The notes under the pieces are model-generated. The model searched no databases and was not told the DNA's origin. It saw only the letters and a program-made list of their open reading frames with translations. From positions 9,505,047-9,549,851 of the forward strand of contig NC_069003.1 of the NCBI RefSeq assembly GCF_001194135.2: DNA of 44,805 nucleotides, written 5' to 3'. Every line of letters starts with the position of its first letter. The first letter of the stretch is position 1. This DNA comes from Octopus bimaculoides (Eukaryota). This document shows positions 34,971 through 44,805 of the stretch, piece by piece. Made by a program: the position numbers and the translations under genes.

Positions 34971-35428
34971 GGCAGCGAGCTGGCAGAATTGTTAGCACGC
35001 TGGGCAAAGCGCTTCGCAGCATTACATGTTTTGCAAACAACTCGCACATGCAAGTGCTACCAGTCGAGAACTCCGCATACCGGAAGCCAGCAAGTGTATG
35101 GGGTCATCAGGAGAGAATGTGGTGCCTTTTCAAGGCCCCACCTCACTGATATGAGGCCCCGCTTGCTAGATCAACTGGTTATCAAATAAAGCTCAATATT
35201 CTTCTAACCATCGCCCATCATCTCTTTTCAACCAAATCCAGAGGCTAGCCTTCTCCACTGTAGTTTGGATATTGGTCATGGTGGTATTTATTTTATGATG
35301 AGTCAGGCCTAACGATAACAACAGTCACCTCACGCTGTGTCCAATCTGCTGGGATCAACTTTGCTGTTCATCCTTTGGGGGGTGGGGGGATAAATTAAGT
35401 ACCAGTGAAAAACTGGGATTATTATTAT
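34971..35428 (+). mobile_element. SINE family A split by a ~320-bp insertion
   Basis: Head GGCAGCGAGCTGGCAGAATTGTTAGCACG at 34971-35025; body TCAACTTTGCTGTTCATCCTTTGGG...GATAAATTAAGTACCAGTG resumes at ~35355. Confidence 0.7.
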
Positions 35429-35720
35429 TTATTGTTATTGCCTTTGCACAGCTTCTAGCACTGGAGATGTACTATAGTGTCAGATGTTCACTACCAGTGA
35501 ACTAATGTAACACCCCTTATTTTTCGAGCACCTTCCACAGTATTCAAGCGGTTCCAATCAGTGCTGTTTTCTGCAAGTGCTCCACCCTTATTGCAGCCCC
35601 TGTTTGTTCCATGAACTTCTCAAGATTTTTACTCACTGTTCTCAGGGCTCCAACAATTACTGGTACCACTACCACCTTTTTCATCGACCACAACTGCTTA
35701 ACCTCCCAAGCTAACCTTAT
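35418..35720 (-). mobile_element. 5'-truncated R4/Dong-clade (restriction-like endonuclease) non-LTR retrotransposon 3' end
   Basis: 35720-35517 reads IRLAWEVKQLWSMKKVVVVPVIVGALRTVSKNLEKFMEQTGAAIRVEHLQKTALIGTA*ILWKVLEK*; the TGA and TGG codons fit CpG-decayed Arg in TARILRKVL; short 3' UTR, AAT tail, (AAT)n upstream. Confidence 0.8.
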
Positions 35721-35730
35721 TCTTCTTCTT

Positions 35731-35796
<66 letters not shown>

Positions 35797-36710
35797 TTGG
35801 CACAGTGGACAAAATACTCTGCATACACTGTTTCTCTCTTCATATCGAATACAAATTTCACCAGGGAGTTGACTTTGCTGTTCTTGCATTCANNNNNNNN
35901 NNNNNNNNNNNNNNNNNNNNNNNNNNNNNNNNNNNNNNNNNNNNNNNNNNNNNNNNNNNNNNNNNNNNNNNNNNNNNNNNNNNNNNNNNNNNNNNNNNNN
36001 NNNNNNNNNNNNNNNNNNNNNNNNNNNNNNNNNNNNNNNNNNNNNNNNNNNNNNNNNNNNNNNNNNNNNNNNNNNNNNNNNNNNNNNNNNNNNNNNNNNN
36101 NNNNNNNNNNNNNNNNNNNNNNNNNNNNNNNNNNNTGGCTTTGTGCCAAATTTTGAAACAACCACCACCACCGCCGCCACCATCATCATCATCACCGTCA
36201 TCATCACTGATGCTGGTAAGGTCCTTTCAGTCACTAACACCACCACTACCACCACAGCCCTAACTAACCTATTGCACCCTGTCTCTCTCTCTCTCTCCCC
36301 CTTTGCCTTTTTGTTCTCTCTTTTTCTGAAGCGTCTTCTCTCTTCTTTTCTCTCATATCCACACGCAAGCATGCTTGTCTATGCAATGCATACATATAGA
36401 CACAGAGACAGAGCACACACACACACACAATCACTCACACACATCCATATGTAAAAGAGCTTAAATCCGGCAATGTAGATTCTGGAGCGAAACTCCCAAC
36501 TGTTTGCTGTCAATCACTGGCTCTGAAACATGTGCAGCTTCTTGACATCGGGAGCTGCAGCTTCCTCCTCTTGATGTGCTGTCATTGTGAAAGGAAATAA
36601 GCAAAACCTCATCCGTGCCTATTTAGTTATTAGCATCCTACACCGGCAGCCAACTCTACCTCACTCTGCTTCTCTTTCATCACCTTCCCTGCTTTCCCCT
36701 TCTGCTTCTG

Positions 36711-36742
<32 letters not shown>

Positions 36743-37525
36743 ACTAATGGTGATGTTGATTTTATTGTATGTATCTTCATTCTCTTATTTTATATTTAAT
36801 CGTTATGTTATACATTTCAGGAATTTCGGAATTCGAAATCTTTTTTATTCTTTTGTTTTATTTTTCCCTGCAAAGTCCATTCATTCCAGCTCGTTCATTC
36901 ATTTGTCTTATATCTTTTGTCTGTTTTGTCTTTTGTCATTTTGCTGGTTGGTTTCTTTTTTTTTTTTTTTTTTTTTTTTTTNNNNNNNNNNNNNNNNNNN
37001 NNNNNNNNNNNNNNNNNNNNNNNNNNNNNNNGTTTTTTTTTTTTTTTTTTTTTTTCTTTTGGTTTCTTTCTTTTTTGTAATAGTTTTGTCATAAAAGAAC
37101 GATTTATGTTGCCTTTGTTGTTGTTGTCATTGTTTTGTTGTTTATTTTCTTTCCCTCTTTGTCTCGATTGTGTTTTTTTTTTTGTTTTTGTATTTTTGTT
37201 GGTGTTGTGTTGTTGCTTTTTTTTTGTTTTGCTTTGCATCGTCGCTGCTTCCTCTTCTTGTCTCTTATTGAAGAGACACCAAGAGGAAGCACAGAGAGAG
37301 AGAAAGAGAGTGACAGAAAGCAGAGAGAGAGAGAGAGACAAACAGACAGAACAGGAAGCAGAGAGACAGACAGAGAAGACAAAAGAGGGAGAAAAGGAGA
37401 GAGAAGGAAGGAAACAAAGAGTGGGGGGGGTGAGAGACAAACAGACAAATAGACAGACAGAAAAGGAAACCGAGAGAGACAGACAGACAGAAGAAAGCAA
37501 AGAGAGAAAAAGTGAGGAAAAGAGG

Positions 37526-37567
<42 letters not shown>

Positions 37568-37849
37568 TGTAACAATAAACTAAACAAGCTAAAAAAAAAA
37601 AAAAGCAGGAAAATAATACAAAAAATAAACTAACAAAACATGAAGACATTTATTTACAACCTGAGAAATTGAGTCCCCCCGCTATTTATTTTGCTTACAT
37701 GTTGTCTTGAATATTAAACTTATATCGGAACCAATACGAATAATAATAATAATAACAACAGTGACAAATAAGAAGAAAATTAATAGTGAAATATAAGTTA
37801 ATAAATGAAAGGCAGTTTGAAGATGGGGGTAGAAAAGTGTGTAGAAGTG

Positions 37850-38121
37850 GGTGTATATATGTGTGTGTGTGTGTGTGTGTGCATATGCATGTGTATGTGT
37901 GTATATATATATATATATAATGGATATGGGTTTATATGTGTGCATATGTATGTGTGTGTATAATTGTTTATACATTTATCTACTTGGACCCACACAAAAT
38001 GACCTTATATGTATGTATATGTATGTGTGTATGTGTATATATATTTATATGTATGTATGTATGTATGTATGTGCATGCATGTCTGCCTGTATGTATATGT
38101 GTATATATGTATGGATATGTG

Positions 38122-38200
<79 letters not shown>

Positions 38201-38703
38201 ATGTATATGTGTGTGTGTGTGTATGTATATGTGTGTGTGTGTGTATGTATGTATGTGTGTGTGTGTATGTATGTATATGTGTGTGTGTGTATGTATGTAT
38301 ATGTGTGTGCGTGTGTATGTATGTATATGTGTATGCATGTCTGTATGTATATGTGTATATGTTATGTGTGTATATGTGTATATGTTATGTGTGTATATGT
38401 GTATATGTTATGTATGTATATGTGTATATATATGTATGTATATATGTGTGTATATANNNNNNNNNNTATGTGTGTGTGTGTGTATGTATATGTGTGTGTG
38501 TGTGTATGTATGTATGTGTGTGTGTGTATGTATGTATATGTGTGTGTGTGTATGTATGTATATGTGTGTGCGTGTGTATGTATGTATATGTGTATGCATG
38601 TCTGTATGTATATGTGTATATGTTATGTGTGTATATGTGTATATGTTATGTGTGTATATGTGTATATGTTATGTATGTATATGTGTATATATATGTATGT
38701 ATA

Positions 38704-38757
<54 letters not shown>

Positions 38758-38789
38758 TGTATATGTGTATATATGTATATGTGTATATG

Positions 38790-38826
<37 letters not shown>

Positions 38827-38835
38827 ATGTATACA
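37850..38835. repeat. (TG/TA/TATG)n compound microsatellite
   Basis: Direct reading; block duplicated across the 10-N gap. Confidence 0.95.
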
Positions 38836-39270
38836 AATTTCTCTCTAATATTGTTTTGTTACTATTAAGCTCCATAAGAAAATATTCCTAGCCAAAATCC
38901 ATTTGAAATAGGTCTTGGGTTATTTCCTCCCTGCCTGTTTCATTGTTGTATTTCAAATATATTGGATTTTACACAATTGATTGTTTAGAAATGTCCTGTT
39001 TTGTCTTGACAGTTTCTCACCAGCACGCCCCCCTTCGCCGCCATTTTCTTCCCCCACACTTCTCACCTCATACGCATGTTTGTATACGTACACCAACAGA
39101 CTGGTGGAATCTTTTGACTCACATGCCTCAGCTTCCATTGTCATTGTCATCAACAGCTTTCTTAGATCCTCGTTTCAATTCTCCTCTGGTTGGAAAAACA
39201 ATTTTTTTTTTAAATATTTACTTACTTCTAGAATCACTCAGATTTGATCTCATGCTCTTGTATTTCACAG

Positions 39271-39326
39271 ATGATATTGTGACTGCATTGAGACAAAATG
39301 GTTTTATTATGTCATAAGACAATAAA
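39271..39326 (+). CDS. Candidate terminal exon (phase 1) with stop and AATAAA
   Basis: Acceptor CTCTTGTATTTCACAG; (D)DIVTALRQNGFIMS* with stop at 39315-17; AATAAA at 39321-26. Confidence 0.15.
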
Positions 39327-39550
39327 AGGCAGTGTTGGCATTTGTGGGAATTGAACTCAGAAGGTAGAATTGGAGAGCTGCATTTTTTTTTTCCTGGTAT
39401 GCTAATGATTCTACCAATTTGCCACCTTAATAACTAGTAGAAGTAGTGGTGGTAGTAGTAGTAGTAGTCGAAGACCTTTCTACAATGAGCACAAGGCCTG
39501 AAATTTGATAGTAATCTCTAATGTTTTTTTCTGAACTGGAACTCTTTCAA

Positions 39551-39991
39551 TCTTTTACTTGTTTCAGTCATTTGACTGCGGCCATGCTGGAACACCAGGA
39601 CTTATTCTTTTAAAGCCTAGTACTTATTCTATCAGTCTCTTTTGCCGAACCGCTAAGTTATGGGGACGTAAACACACCAGTTTCGGTTGTCAAGCGATGT
39701 TGGGGGGACAAACACACACATATATATATAAAAATACATATACATATATACGACGGGCTTCTTTCAGTTTCTGTCTAGCAAATCCACTGACAAGGCTTTG
39801 GTCGGCCCGAAGCTATAGTAGAAGNNNNNNNNNNGCTTCTTTCAGTTTCTGTCTAGCAAATCCACTGACAAGGCTTTGGTCGGCCCGAAGCTATAGTAGA
39901 AGACACTTGCCAAAGGTGCTATGCAGTGGGAAAGAACCCAGAACCATGTGTTTGGTAAGCAAGCTACTTACCACAAAGCCACTCCTGCGCC
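39551..39991 (-). mobile_element. SINE family B, full length (segment duplicated across a 10-N gap)
   Basis: Tail TCTTTTACTTGTTTCAGTCATTTGACTGCGGCCATGCTGG to head ...GCCACTCCTGCGCC. Confidence 0.92.
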
Positions 39992-40619
39992 TTATATATA
40001 TATATAGAGAGAGAGAGGGGGGGTCAAGAGATCTTCACAGGGGGTTGCAGGGGAACGGTTTCTGTCCCCTCTTGTTCCTTCATTCTCTGAACCGATGTAT
40101 AAGTTGAATTTCTCTTATCAGGGCTTGAACACACCTGTAGATGAATAATTTTTTTCTGTAGCTTCTTCCCGGCTTAACTGCATGTTGTTGTTGATGCTCT
40201 TGTTGTTTTCAATATTATCTTTCTCACCTGCTATTTAAGAATAAACAATATCGCTCCCCATCTTGCCACGAAAAGCTTCTTTTTTTCACAAAAAAAAAGA
40301 AAAATGGAGAGAAAATTGTGGGAGTGGGTTGGACAGGAAAAGAAAAAAAATGAAAGCAAAGCAAAACTGAAACGAAACCGGTTGGAAGTAGAGGAGGAAA
40401 CGGAAAAGGACAAGGTGATGATGATGATGATGATGATGAAGATGATGAAGGAGGTGATAATGAAGTTGAAGAATCTGAAAGAAGAAATTATTATCAAAAT
40501 TTGTGATAAGAAATATGGTAAAAAAATTGTTTCAGTTTGTACCACTGATGTGTTTATAGATGGGGCCTGGATTTAACCTCCATTTATTTACAAGGCAGTT
40601 TTATCAAACGATCAAAATG

Positions 40620-41266
40620 TTCAATTCCAAAATAGTATGTTGTGTGTGTGTTTGTGTGTATAAATGTGTTTGTGTGTGTGTGTGTTCATGTACATATGTA
40701 TTTCTGAGTGTGTGCATACATGTGTATGTGTGTACATGTGTGTGTATGTTCATGTACATACAATAAGTCTAAGTTTGTGAGTGTGTACATGTGTGTGTGT
40801 GTGTGTATGTTCATGTACATACAACAATGTGTCTGAGTTTGTGTGTGTGAACATGCATGTGTGTTCATGTACATATGTATCTCTAAGTGTGTACGTACAT
40901 GTGCATGTGTGTATGTTCATGTGCATATAGCTATGTGTCTGAGTTTGTGTGTGTGTGTGTGTGTACGTGCATGTGTGTTTACGTACATAAGTATTTCTGA
41001 GTGTGTGCATACATATGTGTGTGTCTGTGCTAATGTACAAATGCGTGTGTGTATGTATGTTCATGTACATATAGCTATATGTCTGAATTTGTGTGTGTGT
41101 GTGTGTGTGTACGTGCATGTGTGTGTGTACGTGCATGTGTGTTTATGTACCTATGTATTTCTGAGTGTGTGCATACATGTGTGTGTTTGTGTGTGTGTGA
41201 ATGTTTATTTTCGTATGCATGTGTGTGCTTGTTTGCTCATATGCATGTGTGTATGTTTGTGTGTTC

Positions 41267-41303
<37 letters not shown>

Positions 41304-41420
41304 CGTGTATGTTTGTATGTTCATGTACATATGTCTATTGGTGTGTGTGTACATGTCTGTGTGTTACTACACAGTTGTGTGTGTTGAGGTGCACAAATTT
41401 GTGTATGCATGTGTGTGTAT
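40620..41420. repeat. Cryptic higher-order (TG)n-derived tandem array
   Basis: Recurrent GTTCATGTACAT, TCTGAGTTTGTG and TATTTCTGAGTGTGTGCATACAT anchors. Confidence 0.85.
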
Positions 41421-41644
41421 ATATTGTTACATAGCCGTGGTGGTGGTAGTAGTCGTAGTAGTAGTAGTAGTTAGGAATTCCATGGTGGTTGTGGGGGCAG
41501 TAGTTGTGGTGGTGATGCTAAGTCAGTTCTTATATGTCAGCGCTACTTAGTATTAAAAAAATAAAAAATTCCTGTTGAATATCTTAGTTGAATGAAAGAC
41601 TTGAATTGTGTATATGTTATATATACATATATATATACATATAC

Positions 41645-41740
<96 letters not shown>

Positions 41741-42302
41741 AGAAAAATATGTATGTATTAATAAACTAACAAACTGTATATAATATACAATAATTATAAT
41801 TCAGCATATATCTATAGTAGCATATTGAAGAAATGTCTGTGAGAAAAGATGACTTTACCATTCAGTAAAGTTCCCCTGCAGGCAGAAAACGGAGAAATTT
41901 GCGAAAGAACAAACACTCTGTTGATATTGCAATGATGTTTCAAAAAAAAAAAAAAAAATACAAAGAAAAACAGCAAAAATAAATAAAGGTTTTTATTCTT
42001 GTTTTTCTTCTTATTTTCCTTTCTTTTTCTCTCTGCGCTATCATTTGTTTATTAACATCCAGTAGTGGTTTTATTAAATGTGAATATTGTGAAAGGCATT
42101 CATCCTTAACTTTTATCATAATTTCATTTGAGATGTGTTAGTTATCTAGTGTTGGCGTGGCATATGCCGTCGGTGTGTGTAAAGGATATGTGCTATGTAT
42201 GCGTTTGTGTGTGTGTGTGTGTATGTACATGAATGCATACATAAAGAAACTTGCATGTGTTCATGCAGATAGACACACACATACACAAGGATGTACATAC
42301 AC

Positions 42303-42339
<37 letters not shown>

Positions 42340-42445
42340 CATAAATATATATATATATATATATACATATATATATTGACACATGGACAAGTATATATTT
42401 ACACACACACACATTAATGTGTGTGTGTATCATGTGCATTTATGC

Positions 42446-42509
<64 letters not shown>

Positions 42510-43287
42510 GTGTGTATACATAACAATCTATGTGTGTGTGTGTTTGTGGATATATATATAAATATATTAATATGTGTGTACATACAAATGTATGTGTGTG
42601 TATATATGTGTGTGCGTATATATATATATATATACACACACCCACACACATACAAACATATACACATGTATGTCTGTGTGTGTGTGTGTGTGTATATAAA
42701 ATTCAAAGATTATAGAAACAAAAAAGAAAAGAAAAAACAAAAAATAACTATACATAAAAGATAAAACACAACAGAACCAATAAAAACAACAAAGCAAACA
42801 GCCAAAAGATAAATACAACAACAACAACAGAAGTGTGTTTGTTTTTCTTGTAGAGCGGAGAGTGTATTAAAGTCAACTGCTTCATTTCTCACAGATCATA
42901 AAGCAATTTAGTGGGAGGATTTCAGCGCACTACTAGTGACTGACGAGCAGAAAAACAAAACAAAGGCTCAATTCAATAGTTTTTAATAAGCATCTCACTT
43001 CTTGCTTGCTTGCCGTGCGGGAGACATCAGCCTCAAGTACTGCCGCAACTCGACTGGTTTTGTAACCTTTTAAACAAACCGAGGTAGTGTTTTGGCACTG
43101 GAATATGTTTGTAATAGTAAATTAGCCGAAATAATTGCTGTGGTTGCTGTTGCTCGTTGCTTCTGAAATGTTAAGTTTTTATTTGCTTGTTAATTCAACA
43201 ATGTTAACGTTGATTTTGGAATCATATATGTGTATATACATGTGTGCGTGTAATGTATATATATATGTATATGTATATGTGTGTGTA

Positions 43288-43327
<40 letters not shown>

Positions 43328-43547
43328 TAGATAGATAGATAGATAGATATCGTCAACTTCGTATAACAGCCATTTTTTATGCTGACTCAGGTTGAATGAT
43401 ATCTATGAGTGTATGCCTCTGTGTGTGTATATATATATATGTATATGAATATATATACATTCACACGCATACACATGTACATATACACACACGTGCTTGT
43501 ATTGTGTGTGTGTATATATGTGTGTATATGTATATATACACACATAT

Positions 43548-43847
43548 ATGTGTGACAGACCATGTCTGCCCTTGGCTGGCCTCAAATCTCACCTGCGAAC
43601 CCATGGAAAACAAACCTCATCCAGCTATTCTGATTATATGTCTGTGCACACGTTTGAATGTGGTGTGTGCCAGAGGGTTTGCAAATCCAATGGGGGTCTT
43701 AAAAGACATGTTAGGATCCACAATGAGCAGAACTTACTTGCAGGTATTGGTAGTGCAAATCAGAGGTGCAATCTGTGTGGATGTTTTTTCAAAACACTGT
43801 CTGGTTTAAAAAGCCACATCAGACGCCATGAAAGGGCTAAGGTGTAG
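43548..43847 (+). pseudogene. Three C2H2 zinc fingers (first lacks its first Cys); probably the ORF2 C-terminus of a 5'-truncated RTE-like LINE
   Basis: MCDRPCLPLAGLKSHLRTH...CGVCQRVCKSNGGLKRHVRIH...CNLCGCFFKTLSGLKSHIRRH-ERAKV*; no TGEKP linkers; short 3' tail then microsatellite. Confidence 0.7.
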
Positions 43848-43984
43848 GTGCAGGAGGTGGTCAAACTCTGTTTAAGGAGTAGACAACCACCATATGTATA
43901 TATATGTGTGTATACATATATGTATATACACGTATATGTATGCATATATATATATTTGTAAGTGTACATGCGTGTGTATGCATA

Positions 43985-44030
<46 letters not shown>

Positions 44031-44393
44031 CATGTGTGTTCAAATGTTAAAGTAAGTTGTTGGCCAATGTCCAGAATGCCCAACAGCAATAGTGGAAAAA
44101 ACAAGGCGGGAGTCTAAAAGCAGATGAGATCTATAGAAACCTTATTCAAGGGACAATATATCAATGGTTCCAACACATTTTCTCCTTCTTCTGTATCAAC
44201 CAATTTAAAATGGTGGTTTTGATGGAGGCGGGGTGCTGTGAGATAGAAAAAGAGGGCAAAAGAGAGGGAGACAGAGTGACTAAAGAAGTTTCTTTTGGTT
44301 TCTAATGTAAATATGAATTGAAGGTCTTGCTAGTTGTATTATTCATTATCCTTCGCTGAGGAGGTCTAATAACACTGAAATATATCCACCAAT

Positions 44394-44407
44394 GTTGCCA
44401 TAGCAAC
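44394..44407. promoter_or_regulatory. RFX X-box motif
   Basis: GTTGCCATAGCAAC matches the X-box consensus GTTNCCATRGNAAC; CCAAT immediately upstream (44389-93); unique sequence. Confidence 0.4.
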
Positions 44408-44705
44408 CAAAGATCAAACTCACATGCTGTGTCTCATGATGCATGTCTTCCGTTTAATTTTGGGTTAGATGGCGATTGGGGATGTCATGAGTTCTCTCCC
44501 TTGTATCTTTTGAGAATAATTTTCATTAATCCTTATGAGGTTTTCCTCTTCATTGTGATTTTAATTTCAATTAGTCGAAAACTTTTTTTCATTTCATCTC
44601 ATTAAGTATTCTAGCATCCACTTGACTATGTGTTCTTCATGCAGAAATAACCCGGGTAAAATTATTTCCCCGTGTGAAATATATTGTCAGCTTAATAGTG
44701 TAGGG

Positions 44706-44790
44706 CAGTGATTGCCAACCTAGGGTCCGCGGACTGCTGGTCATCCGCAAAGGTAGTACTGGGAGTTTGTGAACTATATTCAAAATTTCA
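44706..44790 (+). mobile_element. hAT (Charlie-like) MITE terminus
   Basis: CAGTGATTGCCAACCTAGGGTCCGCGGAC resembles CAGTGGTTCCCAACC-type hAT ends; the partner TIR is not visible. Confidence 0.5.
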
Positions 44791-44805
44791 TATATATATA
44801 TATAT

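Noticed and set aside
38200-38700. Long 310-346 aa ORFs and a large duplication
   Set aside because: TG/TA microsatellite lacking stops; duplication straddles a 10-N gap (artefact)
39225-39282. Alternative minus-strand exon (CAG...GAA|GTAAGT, open frame TISSVKYKSMRSNLSDSR)
   Set aside because: Overlaps the plus-strand candidate; shows how readily such exon-like patterns arise by chance here
39766-39904. Internal duplication in a SINE-B copy
   Set aside because: Exact copy across a 10-N gap; assembly overlap
40304-40576. 90-aa charged ORF (MERKLWEW...)
   Set aside because: Driven by A-rich and (GAT)n low complexity; no domain or splice support
43085-43135. GAGGTAGT and TTTGGCACTGG seeds recalling let-7 and the miR-96/263 family
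   Set aside because: Only seed-length matches; the flanks do not form a pre-miRNA hairpin
320-44104. Most ORFs in the supplied six-frame track (poly-I, poly-Y/C/V/M, HT repeats, poly-K/F/S, X-runs)
   Set aside because: They are translations of microsatellites or N gaps and have no protein-like composition

Overview
Eukaryotic, AT-rich, microsatellite-saturated draft-assembly window with 16 N-gaps. It is most likely from an octopus (coleoid cephalopod) genome; this is inferred from the tRNA-derived SINE families, not proven. Nearly all ORFs in the supplied track are artefacts of (CA/TA/ATT/CT)n repeats or N-runs, and no intact host gene can be demonstrated. What the sequence supports: (1) dozens of copies of about four tRNA-headed SINE families plus a LINE-tail-like repeat; (2) a ~1.68-kb non-autonomous Helitron with both termini and a decayed Rep fragment (28812-30490, minus); (3) a 5'-truncated R4/Dong-type LINE 3' end between (TAA)n tracts; (4) a three-C2H2-finger fragment resembling a LINE ORF2 C-terminus; (5) mariner, piggyBac-like and hAT-like relics; (6) Penelope-like terminal fragments with minimal hammerhead-ribozyme folds. 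The most unusual signal is that two unrelated hammerhead-like motifs share the same non-canonical core (U instead of A6, an extra A before stem II, a 4-nt palindromic stem III), and one of them sits in both arms of a 110-bp near-perfect foldback. Three weak candidate phase-1 exons and several enhancer-like unique islands (including a good RFX X-box) are reported at low confidence.
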